A stretch of DNA of 64,000 bases, taken from NCBI RefSeq assembly GCF_006345805.1, contig NC_042997.1, positions 206,150,001-206,214,000 on the forward strand, read 5' to 3'. Positions 22,490-35,100 of this stretch are shown here, in pieces. Under the pieces are notes generated by a model, which ran no database searches, was not told the DNA's origin, and saw nothing but the letters and a program-made list of their open reading frames with translations. A program made the position numbers and the translations under genes. Every line of letters starts with the position of its first letter. Within the stretch, counting starts at the first letter, position 1. Source of the DNA: Octopus sinensis (taxonomy: Eukaryota).

Positions 22490-22662
22490 CTGTAAAAACC
22501 TTGCCTGCACTTTTGCCACATAAAAAGCACTAAGTCCACTCTGCTGAGTGGTTGGTGTTAGGAAGGGCATCTAGCTGTGAAAGCCCTGTTAAAACAGTCT
22601 TGTGGTACCGTCCCAACCATGCTAGCATGGGACATGGACATTAAATGAATGATGATGATAAA
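22490..22662 (+). mobile_element. LINE/SINE tail fragment, paralogue of 21685-21782
   Basis: GTGGTTGGTGTTAGGAAGGGCATCTAGCTGT...AAAACAGTCTTGTGGTACCGTCCCAACCATGCTAGCATGG. Confidence 0.7.
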
Positions 22663-22694
22663 GCACTCTGTAAATAGTTATAAAACGACAGACT

Positions 22695-23160
22695 TATGAT
22701 TTTTCGTCACTGACCTTCTGCTGGTTTTTCAGTTTCAGTATCCGCTTCTTTATAGGTTGCTGAGCTTCACTGAAAGTCGACATGAGTTTGCTTCGATGTT
22801 GCAAGAATAGTGTAGAGGTCTTGTTGTCATCCAACATCTTGCGTATTTTTTCAAGGAACAGCACATCTTTATTAACCTAATCATCACTGCTGATTTCTAC
22901 AAGAGACAGAGCTTTATGTTATCATGTTTGGCCGACGATGCTTTGGCTCCTGCGAAACCTCCATGGGGATTTCTCCGGATGGTTCAGTCACCTCCAAAAG
23001 ATTCCCAGATGGCTTGCTTTCATCTTCTGACTCACTTTCAGCAGCTTTTTTCTCAATGCTGTCACCATCAAAGAGTTCTGAGCCTTCAATATTGTTTGAT
23101 CGTTTGACCCTTTCAGTGGAATTAAGTTCGTAATGACTCTCTGAATAGTATTTGGGCAAG
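22695..23160 (-). pseudogene. Unassigned degenerate coding-like fragment
   Basis: An acidic S/E-rich ORF 22914..23159(-) continues after a +1 shift and a stop as KALSLVEISSDD*VNKDVLFLEKIRKMLDDNKTSTLFLQHRSKLMSTFSEAQQPIKKRILKLKNQQKVSDEKS*. Confidence 0.35.
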
Positions 23161-24049
23161 GTTTTGACATCACCTCAAGACAATATGTCACAAAACACAT
23201 TTTTTGTCTGGAAAATAAGGAGTGGGGAGGGTTGTCATCCTCAAATATTTCACCCCCCACAAAAAAAAATTCACAGATGATCCCACGCCCCATTTCACAG
23301 GGAAAATTTTTTGCTGTTTCATTTATCATTTTGGTAAATCTTTACAAGTGCACCTTTACCATAACGAGGAATCCATAGAAAATATTTTTAAAAGTGCATT
23401 TTTGAAGGTGAGGTGTGAAACTGCATTAGCCTCCTTCCTTTGCATCAATTTTTAGATAACATTTTGCAGAAATACGTCCCCAGAAGCGAATGAGGAGATG
23501 CACGATGAATGTGATTGAGAAAAAAAAGGAGCACCCTATCACCCTAGGGAATGGGGTTGGAAATGAATGAGGAAATGCCTGCGGAACGCAAAGAAGAAAA
23601 GGAAACAGAGCACCCTATCACCTTGGAACAGCAACAGAAATTAACAAGGACATGTCTACAGTAGGTGAGAAGCTAATAGAAAGAGAGTGTCATATCGCAC
23701 TATGGAATGGGCATGGAAGACATTGAGATGTGCAAGGAAGTTGAGCAAGAAAAATAATGGTAACATCCAATGGAATGGGTATGTATTGGTGATGCAGATA
23801 GAAATATAAGTGAAAAATTATATAAGTACAAAATATGCGAATGTCAACTTAATTAAGTGGGTGGTTATTTGCTTCAGTGAGTCCAGAAAGAAAATGAGAA
23901 AGAAGGGCACAGCAAAATAACTAATGTAAGAGGGGAGAATACAAGTACAATAAAACAGAATTTCCGGGAAAAGGAGTGAGGTTACCAGAAATCGTGATAC
24001 GCAAAGAAAGGAAGAGCACAACCAAACACAAGAGATATTCATTTTAAAA

Positions 24050-26147
24050 GAGAATACTGAAAACTAAAAGAAATATTTTACAAAATAATTCTACAAAGAA
24101 ATAATTATTTAAAAGATAAAAAGAAATTACTAATTTCAAAAACAGAACTTCAAAGAAAGAATTAAATAAGAAGAAAATGCTGAAAAGAAAGAATAAGTAG
24201 AAAAAAGAATAGCAAAAACAGAAGAAATATTTAAAAAAAAAGAACTAGAAAAGGGATTATTCTAGAAAATAGCACTAAAAAGAAAGAAGTTTACAAAAGA
24301 ATACGGAAAAGAAGGATTTATTTCAGAAAAGAATAATGAAAAGAAAGAATTATTATAGAAAAGAATATTGAAGAGAAAGAATTATTATAGAAAAATATAC
24401 TGTAAATAAAGAATTGCTTAAGAAAAGAATAATGAAAAGAAAGAAATATTATAGAAAAGAATTATGAAAAGAAAGAATTGTTTTAGAAAAGAAAACTGAA
24501 AAGTAAGAAATATTATAGAAAGGAATAATGAAAAGAAAGAAATATTGTAGAAAAGTATAATGAAAAGAAACAACTATTTTCGAAAAGAATAATGAAAAGA
24601 AAGAATTATTACAGAAAAGTATGATGAAAACAAAGAATTATTATAGAAAAGAATAATGAAAAGAAAGAAATATTACAGAAATGAATAATGAAAAGAAAGA
24701 ATTATTACAGAATAGAATAATGAAAATATAGAATTATTATAGAAAAGAAAGAAATATTACAAAAATGAAGAGAAAGAATTATTATAAAAAAGAATAATGA
24801 AAAGAAAGAATTATTATAGAAAAGAATAATGAAAAGAAAGGATTATTTTAGAAAAGAATAATGAAAAGAAAGAATTATTATAGAAAAGATTACAGAAAAT
24901 AAAGAATTGTTTTAGAAAAGAATACTGAAAAGATAGAAATATTATAGAAAGGAATAATCAAAAGATAGAATTATTATAGAAAAGAATACTGAACAGAAAG
25001 AATTATTATAAAAAAGAATAATGAAAAGAAAGAATTATTTTAGAAAAGATACTGAAAAGAAAGAATCATTATAGAAAAGAAAAATGAAAAGATAGAATTA
25101 TTATAGAAAAGAATAATGGAAACAAAGAATAATTTTAGAAAAGAATAATGAAAAGATACAATTATTATAGAAAAGAATAATGAAAAGAAAGAATGATTAT
25201 AGAAAAGAATGCTGAAAAGAAAGAATAATGAAAGAAAGAAATATTACAGAAAAGAATACTGAAAAGAAAGAAATATTAATGAAAAGATAGAACTATTATA
25301 TAAAAGAATAATGAAAAGAAAGAATTATAGAAAAGAATAATGAAAAGAAAGAATTATTATAGAAAAGAATAATGAAAAGAAAGAATTATTACAGAAAAAA
25401 AGAAATATTACAGAAAAGAATAATGAAAAGATAGAATAATTATAGAAAAGAATAATGATAAGAAAGAAATATTAAGGAAAAGAAAGATTTATTATAGAAA
25501 AGATTAATGGAAAGACAGAATTATAAGAGAAAAGAATAATGAAAAAAAGAAATATTATAGAAAAGAATAATGAAATGAAAGAATTATAGAAAATAATAAT
25601 GAAAATATACAATTATTATAGGAAAGAGTAATGAAAAGATAGATTATTATAGAAAAGACTGATGAAAAGAAAGAATTATTATAGAAAAGAATAATGAAAA
25701 GTAAGAAATATAAAAAAGAATAATGAAAAGCAAGAATTATTATAGAAAAGAGTAATGAAAAGAAAGAATTATTATAGAAAAGAATAATGAAAAATAAATT
25801 GTTATAGAAAATAATAATGAAAAGAAAGAATTATTATAGTGAAGAATGCTGAAAATAAAGAATTGTTTTAAGAAAGAATACTGAAACGTAAGAAATATAG
25901 AAAGGAATAATAAAAATAAAGAATTATTATAGAAAAGAATAATGAAAAGAAAGAGAAAAGAATAATGAAAAGAAAGAATTATTATACAAAAGAATAATGA
26001 AATGAAAGAATTATTATTGAAAAGATTAATTTTAATGATACAATTATTATAGGAAAGAATAATGAAGCGAAAGAATTATTTTTGAAAAAAAAGGAAAATA
26101 AAGATATGTTTTAGAAAAGAATACTGAAAAGTTAGAAATATTATAAA
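24050..26147. repeat. Degenerate 32-bp tandem repeat (GAATTATTATAGAAAAGAATAATGAAAAGAAA)
   Basis: Period 32 measured at 24791 and 24823. It has many substitutions and partial-unit deletions. Confidence 0.9.
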
Positions 26148-29100
26148 GAATTATGATAGAAAGTATACTTAAAGTAAAGAATTATGATAGAATGAATACT
26201 TAAAGTAAAGAATTATGATATAATGAATACTTAAAATAAAGAATTATGATAGGAAGAATACTTAAAATAAAGAATTATGATAGAATGAATACTTAAAGTA
26301 AAGAATTATGATAGAATGAATACTTAAAGTAAAGATTTATGATATAATGAATACTTAAAGTAAAGAATTATGATAGAAAGAATACTTAAAGTAAAGAATT
26401 ATGATAGAATGAATACTTAAAATAATGAATTATGATAGAAAGAATACTTAAAATAAAGAATTATGATAGAATGAATACTTAAAGCAAAGAATTATGATAT
26501 AATGAATACTTAAAATAAAGAATTATGATATAATGAATACTTAAAGTAAAGAGTTCTGATAGAAAGAATACTTAAAGTAAAGAATTATGATAGAAAGAAT
26601 ACTTAAAATAAAGAATTATGATAGAATGAATACTTAAAATAAAGAATTATGATAGAATGAATACTTAAAATAAAGAATTATGATGTAATGAATACTTAAA
26701 GTAAAGAATTATGATAGAAAGAATACTTAAAGTAAAGAATTATGATAGAATGAATACTTAAAATAAAGAATTATGATAGATTGAATCCTTAAAATAACGA
26801 ATTATGATAGAAAGAATACTTAAAGTAAAGAATTATGATAGAAGGAATACTTAAAATAAAGAATTATGATAGAATGAATACTTAAAGCAAAGAATTATGA
26901 TATAATGAATACTTAAAATAAAGAATTATGATAGAAAGAATACTTAAAGTAAAGAGTTCTGATAGAAAGAATACTTAAAGTAAAGAATTATGATAGAAAG
27001 AATACTTAAAATAAAGAATTATGATAGAATGAATACTTAAAATAAAGAATTATGATAGAATGAATACTTAAAATAAAGAATTATGATGTAATGAAAACTT
27101 AAAGTAAAGAATTATGATAGAAAGAATACTTAAAGTAAAGAATTATGATAGAATGAATACTTAAAGTAAAGAATTATGATAGAATGAATACTTAAAATAA
27201 AGAATTATGATAGAAAGAATACTTAAAGTAAAGAATTATGATAGAAAGAATACTTAAAGTAAAGAATTATGATATAATGAATACTTAAAGTAAAGAATTA
27301 TGATAGAATGAATACTTAAAATAAAGAATTATGATAGAATGAATACTTAAAATAAAGAATTATGATATAATGAATACTTAAAGTAAAGAATTATGATAGA
27401 AAGTATACTTAAAGTAAAGAATTATGATATAATGAATACTTAAAATAAAGAATTATGATAGAAAGAATACTTAAAATAAAGAATTATGATAGAATGAATA
27501 CTTAAAGTAAAGAATTATGATAGAATGAATACTTAAAATAAAGATTTATGATATAATGAATACTTAAAGTAAAGAATTATGATAGAAAGAATACTTAAAG
27601 TAAAGAATTATGATAGAATGAATACTTAAAATAAAGAATTATGATAGAAAGAATACTTAAAGTAAAGACTTATGATAGAATGAATACTTAAAGTAAAGAA
27701 TTATGATAGAATGAATACTTAAAATAAAGAATTATGATAGAAAGAATATTTAAAGTAAAGAATTATGATAGAAAGAATACTTAAAATAAAGAATTATGAT
27801 AGAATGAATACTTAAAGTAAAGAATTATGATAGAATGAATACTTAAAATAAAGATTTATGATATAATGAATACTTAAAGTGAAGAATTATGATAGAAAGA
27901 ATACTTAAAGTAAAGAATTATGATAGAAAGAATATTTAAAGTAAAGAATTATGATAGAATGAATACTTAGAATAAAGAATAATGATAGAAAGAATACTTA
28001 AAGTGAAGAATTATGATAGAATGAATACTTAAAGTAAAGATTTATGATAGAAAGAATACTTAAAGTAAAGAATTATGATAGAAAGTATACTTAAACTAAA
28101 GAATTATGATAGAATGAATACTTAAAATAAAGAATTATGATAGAATGAATACTTAAAATACAGAATTATAATAGAAAGAATACTTAAAATAAAGAATGAT
28201 GATAGAATGAATACTTAAAATAGAGAATTATGATAGAAAGAATACTTAAAATAAAGAATTATGATAGAAAGTATACTTAAAATGAAGAATTATGATAGAA
28301 AGAATACTTAAAATAAAGAATGATGATAGAATGAATACTTAAAATAAAGATTTATGATATAATGAATACTTAAAGTAAAGAATTATGATAGAAAGAATAC
28401 TTAAAATAAAGAATTATGATAGAAAGTATACTTAAAATAAAGAATTATGATAGAAAGTATACTTAAAATAAAGAATTATGATAGAATGAATACTTAAAAT
28501 AAAGAATTATGATAGAAAGAATACTTAAAATAAAGAATGATGATAGAATGAATACTTAAAATAAAGAATTATGATAGAAAGAATACTTAAAATAAAGAAT
28601 TATGATAGAAAGTATACTTAAAATAAAGAATTATGATAGAAAGTATACTTAAAATAAAGAATTATGATAGAATGAATACTTAAAATAAAGAATTATGATA
28701 GAATGAATACTTAAAATAAAGAATTATGATAGAAAGAATACTTAAAGTAAAGAATTATGATAGAAAGAATACTTAAAGTAAAGAATTATGATAGAAAGAA
28801 TACTTAAAATAAAGAATTATGATAGAAAGAATATTTAAAGTAAAGAATTATGATAGAAAGAATACTTAAAATAAAGAATTATGATAGAATGAATACTTAA
28901 AGTAAAGAATTATGATAGAATGAATACTTAAAATAAAGATTTATGATATAATGAATACTTAAAATAAAGAATTATGATAGAAAGAATACTTAAAGTAAAG
29001 AATTATGATAGAAAGAATATTAAAGTAAAGAATTATGATAGAATGAATACTTAAATAAAGAATTATGATAGAAAGAATACTTAAATAAAGAATTATGATA

Positions 29101-32100
29101 GAATGAATACTTAAAATAAAGAATTATGATAGAATGAATACTTAAAATAAAGAATTATAATAGAAAGAATACTTAAAATAAAGAATGATGATAGAATGAA
29201 TACTTAAAATAGAGAATTATGATAGAAAGAATACTTAAAATAAAGAATTATGATAGAAAGTATACTTAAAATGAAGAATTATGATAGAAAGAATACTTAA
29301 AATAAAGAATTATGATAGAATGAATACTTAAAATAAAGATTTATGATAGAATGAATACTTAAAGTAAAGAATTATGATAGAATGAATACTTAAAATAAAG
29401 AATTATGATAGAAAGAATACTTAAAATAAAGAATTATGATAGAAAGAATACTTAAAATAAAGAATTATGATAGAAAGAATACTTAAAATAAAGAATTATG
29501 ATAGAATGAATACTTAAAATAAAGAATTATGATAGAAAGAATACTTAAAATAAAGAATTATGATAGAATGAATACTTAAAATAAAGAATTATGATAGAAA
29601 GAATACTTAAAATAAAGAATTATGATAGAAAGAATACTTAAAATAAAGAATTATGATAGAAAGAATACTTAAAATAAAGAATTATGATAGAATGAATACT
29701 GAAAATAAAGAATTATGATAGAATGAATACTTAAAATAAAGAATTATGATAGAATGAATACTTAAAGTAAAGAATTATGATAGAAAGAATACTTAAAGTA
29801 AAGAATTATGATAGAATGAATACTTAAAATAAAGAATTATGATAGAATGAATACTTAAAATAAAGAATTATGATAGAAAGAATACTTAAAATAAAGAATG
29901 ATGATAGAATGAATACTTAAAATAAAGAATTATGATAGAAAGAATACTTAAAATAAAGAATTATGATAGAAAGTATACTTAAAATAAAGAATTATGATAG
30001 AAAGTATACTTAAAATAAAGAATTATGATAGAATGAATACTTAAAATAAAGATTTATGATATAATGAATACTTATAGTAAAGAATTATGATAGAAAGAAT
30101 ACTTAAAATAAAGAATTATGATAGAAAGAATACTTAAATTAAAGAATTATGATAGAAAGAATACTTAAAATAAAGAATTATGATAGAATGAATACTTAAA
30201 ATAAAGAGATTATGATAGAAAGAATACTTAAAATAAAGAATTATGATAGAAAGAATACTTAAAATAAAGAATTATGATAGAAAGAATACTTAAAATAAAG
30301 AATTATGATAGAATGAATACTTAAAATAAAGAATTATGATAGAATGAATACTTAAAGTAAAGAATTATGATAGAATGAATACTTAAAATAAAGAATTATG
30401 ATAGAAAGAATACTTAAAATAAAGAATATGATAGAAAGAATACTTAAAATAAAGAATTATGATAGAAAGAATACTTAAAATAAAGAATTATGATAGAATG
30501 AATACTTAAAATAAAGAATTATGATAGAAAGAATACTTAAAATAAAGAATTATGATATAATGAATACTTAAAGTAAAGAGTTCTGATAGAAAGAATACTT
30601 AAAGTAAAGAATTATGATAGAAATAATACTTAAAATAAAGAATTATGATAGAATGAATACTTAAAATAAAGAATTATGATAGAATGAATACTTAAAATAA
30701 AGAATTATGATAATGAATACTTAAAGTAAAGAATTATGATAGAAAGAATACTTAAAATAAAGAATTATGATAGAATGAATACTTAAAATAAAGAATTATG
30801 ATAGAAAGAATACTTAAAATAAAGAATTATGATAGAAAGAATACTTAAAGTAAAGAATTATGATAGAAAGAATACTTAAAATAAAGAATTATGATAGAAT
30901 GAATACTTAAAAAAGAATTATGATAGAATGAATACTTAAAATAAAGAATTATGATAGAAAGAATACTTAAAGTAAAGAATTATGATAGAAAGAATACTTA
31001 AAGTAAAGAATTATGATAGAAAGAATACTTAAAATAAAGAATTATGATAGAATGAATACTTAAAATAAAGAATTATGATAGAATGAATACTTAAAATAAA
31101 GAATTATGATAGAATGAATACTTAAAGTAAAGAATTATGATAGAAAGAATACTTAAAGTAAAGAATTATGATAGAATGAATACTTAAAGTAAAGAATTAT
31201 GATAGAATGAATACTTAAAATAAAGAATTATGATAGAAAGAATACTTAAAGTAAAGAATTATGATAGAAAGAATACTTAAAGTAAAGAATTATGATAGAA
31301 TGAATACTTAAAGTAAAGAATTATGATAGAATGAATACTTAAAATAAAGAATTATGATAGAATGAATACTTAAAATAAAGAATTATGATAGAATGAATAC
31401 TTAAAGTAAAGAATTATGATAGAAAGTATACTTAAAGTAAAGAATTATGATAGAATGAATACTTAAAATAAAGAATTATGATAGAAAGAATACTTAAAAT
31501 AAAGAATTATGATAGAATGAATACTTAAAATAAAGAATTATGATAGAATGAATACTTAAAATAAAGAATTATGATAGAATGAATACTTAAAGTAAAGAAT
31601 TATGATAGAAAGAATACTTAAAGTAAAGAATTATGATAGAATGAATACTTAAAATAAAGAATTATGATAGAAAGAATACTTAAAGTAAAGAATTATGATA
31701 GAATGAATACTTAAAGTAAAGAATTATGATAGAATGAATACTTAAATAAAGAATTATGATAGAAAGAATATTAAAGTAAAGAATTATGATAGAAAGAATA
31801 CTTAAAATAAAGAATTATGATAGAAAGAATACTTAAAGTAAAGAATTATGATAGAATGAATACTTAAAATAAAGATTTATGATAGAAGAATACTTAAAAT
31901 AAAGAATTATGATAGAAAGAATACTTAAATAAAGAATTATGATAGAAAGAATATTTAAAGTAAAGAATTATGATAGAATGAATACTTAAAATAAAGAATT
32001 ATGATAGAAAGAATACTTAAAGTAAAGAATTATGATAGAATGAATACTTAAAGTAAAGAATTATGATAGAAAGAATACTTAAAGTAAAGAATTATGATAG

Positions 32101-35100
32101 AAAGAATACTTAAAGTAAAGAATTATGATAGAATGAATACTTAAAATAAAGAATTATGATAGAATGAATACTTAAAATAAAGAATTATGATAGAAAGAAT
32201 ACTTAAAATAAAGAATTATGATAGAATGAATACTTAAAATAAAGAATTATGATAGAAAGAATACTTAAAATAAAGAATTATGATAGAAAGATACTTAAAA
32301 TAAAGAATTATGATAGAAAGAATACTTAAAATAAAGAATGATGATAGAATGAATACTTAAAATAAAGATTTATGATATAATGAATACTTAAAGTAAAGAA
32401 TTATGATAGAATGAATACTTAAAATAAAGAATTATGATAGAAAGAATACTTAAAATAAAGAATTATGATAGAAAGTATACTTAAAATAAAGAATTATGAT
32501 AGAAAGTATACTTAAAATAAAGAATTATGATAGAATGAATACTTAAAATAAAGAATTATGATAGAAAGAATACTTAAAATAAAGAATTATGATAGAATGA
32601 ATACTTAAAATAAAGAATTATGATAGAAAGAATACTTAAAATAAAGAATTATGATAGAAAGAATACTTAAAATAAAGAATTATGATAGAAAGAATACTTA
32701 AAATAAAGAATTATGATAGAATGAATACTGAAAATAAAGAATTATGATAGAATGAATACTTAAAATAAAGAATTATGATAGAAAGAATACTTAAAGTAAA
32801 GAATTATGATAGAAAGAATACTTAAAGTAAAGAATTATGATAGAAAGAATACTTAAAGTAAAGAATTATGATAGAAATAATACTTAAAATAAAGAATTAT
32901 GATAGAATGAATACTTAAAATAAAGATTTATGATATAATGAATACTTAAAGTAAAGAATTATGATAGAAAGAATACTTAAAGTAAAGAATTATGATAGAA
33001 TGAATACTTAAAATAAAGAATTATGATAGAAAGAATACTTAAAGTAAAGACTTATGATAGAATGAATACTTAAAGTAAAGAATTATGATAGAATGAATAC
33101 TTAAAATAAAGAATTATGATAGAAAGAATATTTAAAGTAAAGAATTATGATAGAAAGAATACTTAAATAAAGAATTATGATAGAATGAATACTTAAAGTA
33201 AAGAATTATGATACAATGAATACTTAAAATAAAGATTTATGATATAATGAATACTTAAAGTGAAGAATTATGATAGAAAGAATACTTAAAGTAAAGAATT
33301 ATGATAGAAAGAATATTTAAAGTAAAGAATTATGATAGAATGAATACTTAGAATAAAGAATAATGATAGAAAGAATACTTAAACTAAAGAATTATGATAG
33401 AATGAATACTTAAAATAAAGAATTATGATAGAATGAATACTTAAAATAAGAATTATGATAGAAAGAATACTTAAAATAAAGAATGATGATAGAATGAATA
33501 CTTAAAATAGAGAATTATGATAGAAAGAATACTTAAAATAAAGAATTATGATAGAAAGTATACTTAAAATGAAGAATTATGATAGAAAGAATACTTAAAA
33601 TAAAGAATTATGATAGAATGAATACTTAAAATAAAGATTTATGATATAATGAATACTTAAATTAAAGAATTATGATAGAATGAATACTTAAAATAAAGAA
33701 TTATGATAGAAAGAATACTTAAAATAAAGAATTATGATAGAAAGTATACTTAAAATAAAGAATTATGATAGAAAGTATACTTAAAATAAAGATTATGATA
33801 GAATGAATACTTAAAATAAAGAATTATGATAGAAAGAATACTTAAAATAAAGAATGATGATAGAATGAATACTTAAAATAAAGAATTATGATAGAAAGAA
33901 TACTTAAAATAAAGAATTATGATAGAAAGTATACTTAAAATAAAGAATATGATAGAAAGTATACTTAAAATAAAGAATTATGATAGAATGAATACTTAAA
34001 ATAAAGAATTATGATAGAATGAATACTTAAAATAAAGAATTATGATAGAATGAATACTTAAAGTAAAGAATTATGATAGAAAGAATACTTAAAGTAAAGA
34101 ATTATGATAGAATGAATACTTAAAATAAAGAATTATGATAGAATGAATACTTAAAATAAAGAATTATGATAGAAAGAATACTTAAAATAAAGAATGATGA
34201 TAGAATGAATACTTAAATAAAGAATTATGATAGAAAGAATACTTAAAATAAAGAATTATGATAGAAAGTATACTTAAAATAAAGAATTATGATAGAAAGT
34301 ATACTTAAAATAAAGAATTATGATAGAATGAATACTTAAAATAAAGATTTATGATAGAATGAATACTTAAAGTAAAGAATTATGATAGAATGAATACTTA
34401 AAATAAAGAATTATGATAGAAAGAATACTTAAATTAAAGAATTATGATAGAAAGTATACTTAAAATAAAGAATTATGATAGAATGAATACTTAAAATAGA
34501 GAATTATGATAGAAAGAATACTTAAAATAAAGAATTATGATAGAAAGTATACTTAAAATGAAGAATTATGATAGAAAGAATACTTAAAATAAAGAATGAT
34601 GATAGAATGAATACTTAAAATAAAGATATGATATAATGAATACTTAAAGTAAAGAATTATGATAGAATGAATACTTAAAATAAAGAATTATGATAGAAAG
34701 AATACTTAAAATAAAGAATTATGATAGAAAGTATACTTAAAATAAAGAATTATGATAGAAAGTATACTTAAAATAAAGAATTATGATAGAATGAATACTT
34801 AAAATAAAGAATTATGATAGAAAGAATACTTAAAATAAAGAATGATGATAGAATGAATAATTAAAATAAAGAATTATGATAGAAAGAATACTTAAAATAA
34901 AGAATTATGATAGAAAGTATACTTAAAATAAAGAATTATGATAGAAAGTATACTTAAAATAAAGAATTATGATAGAATGAATACTGAAAATAAAGAATTA
35001 TGATAGAATGAATACTTAAAATAAAGAATTATGATAGAAAGAATACTTAAAGTAAAGAATTATGATAGAAAGAATACTTAAAGTAAAGAATTATGATAGA

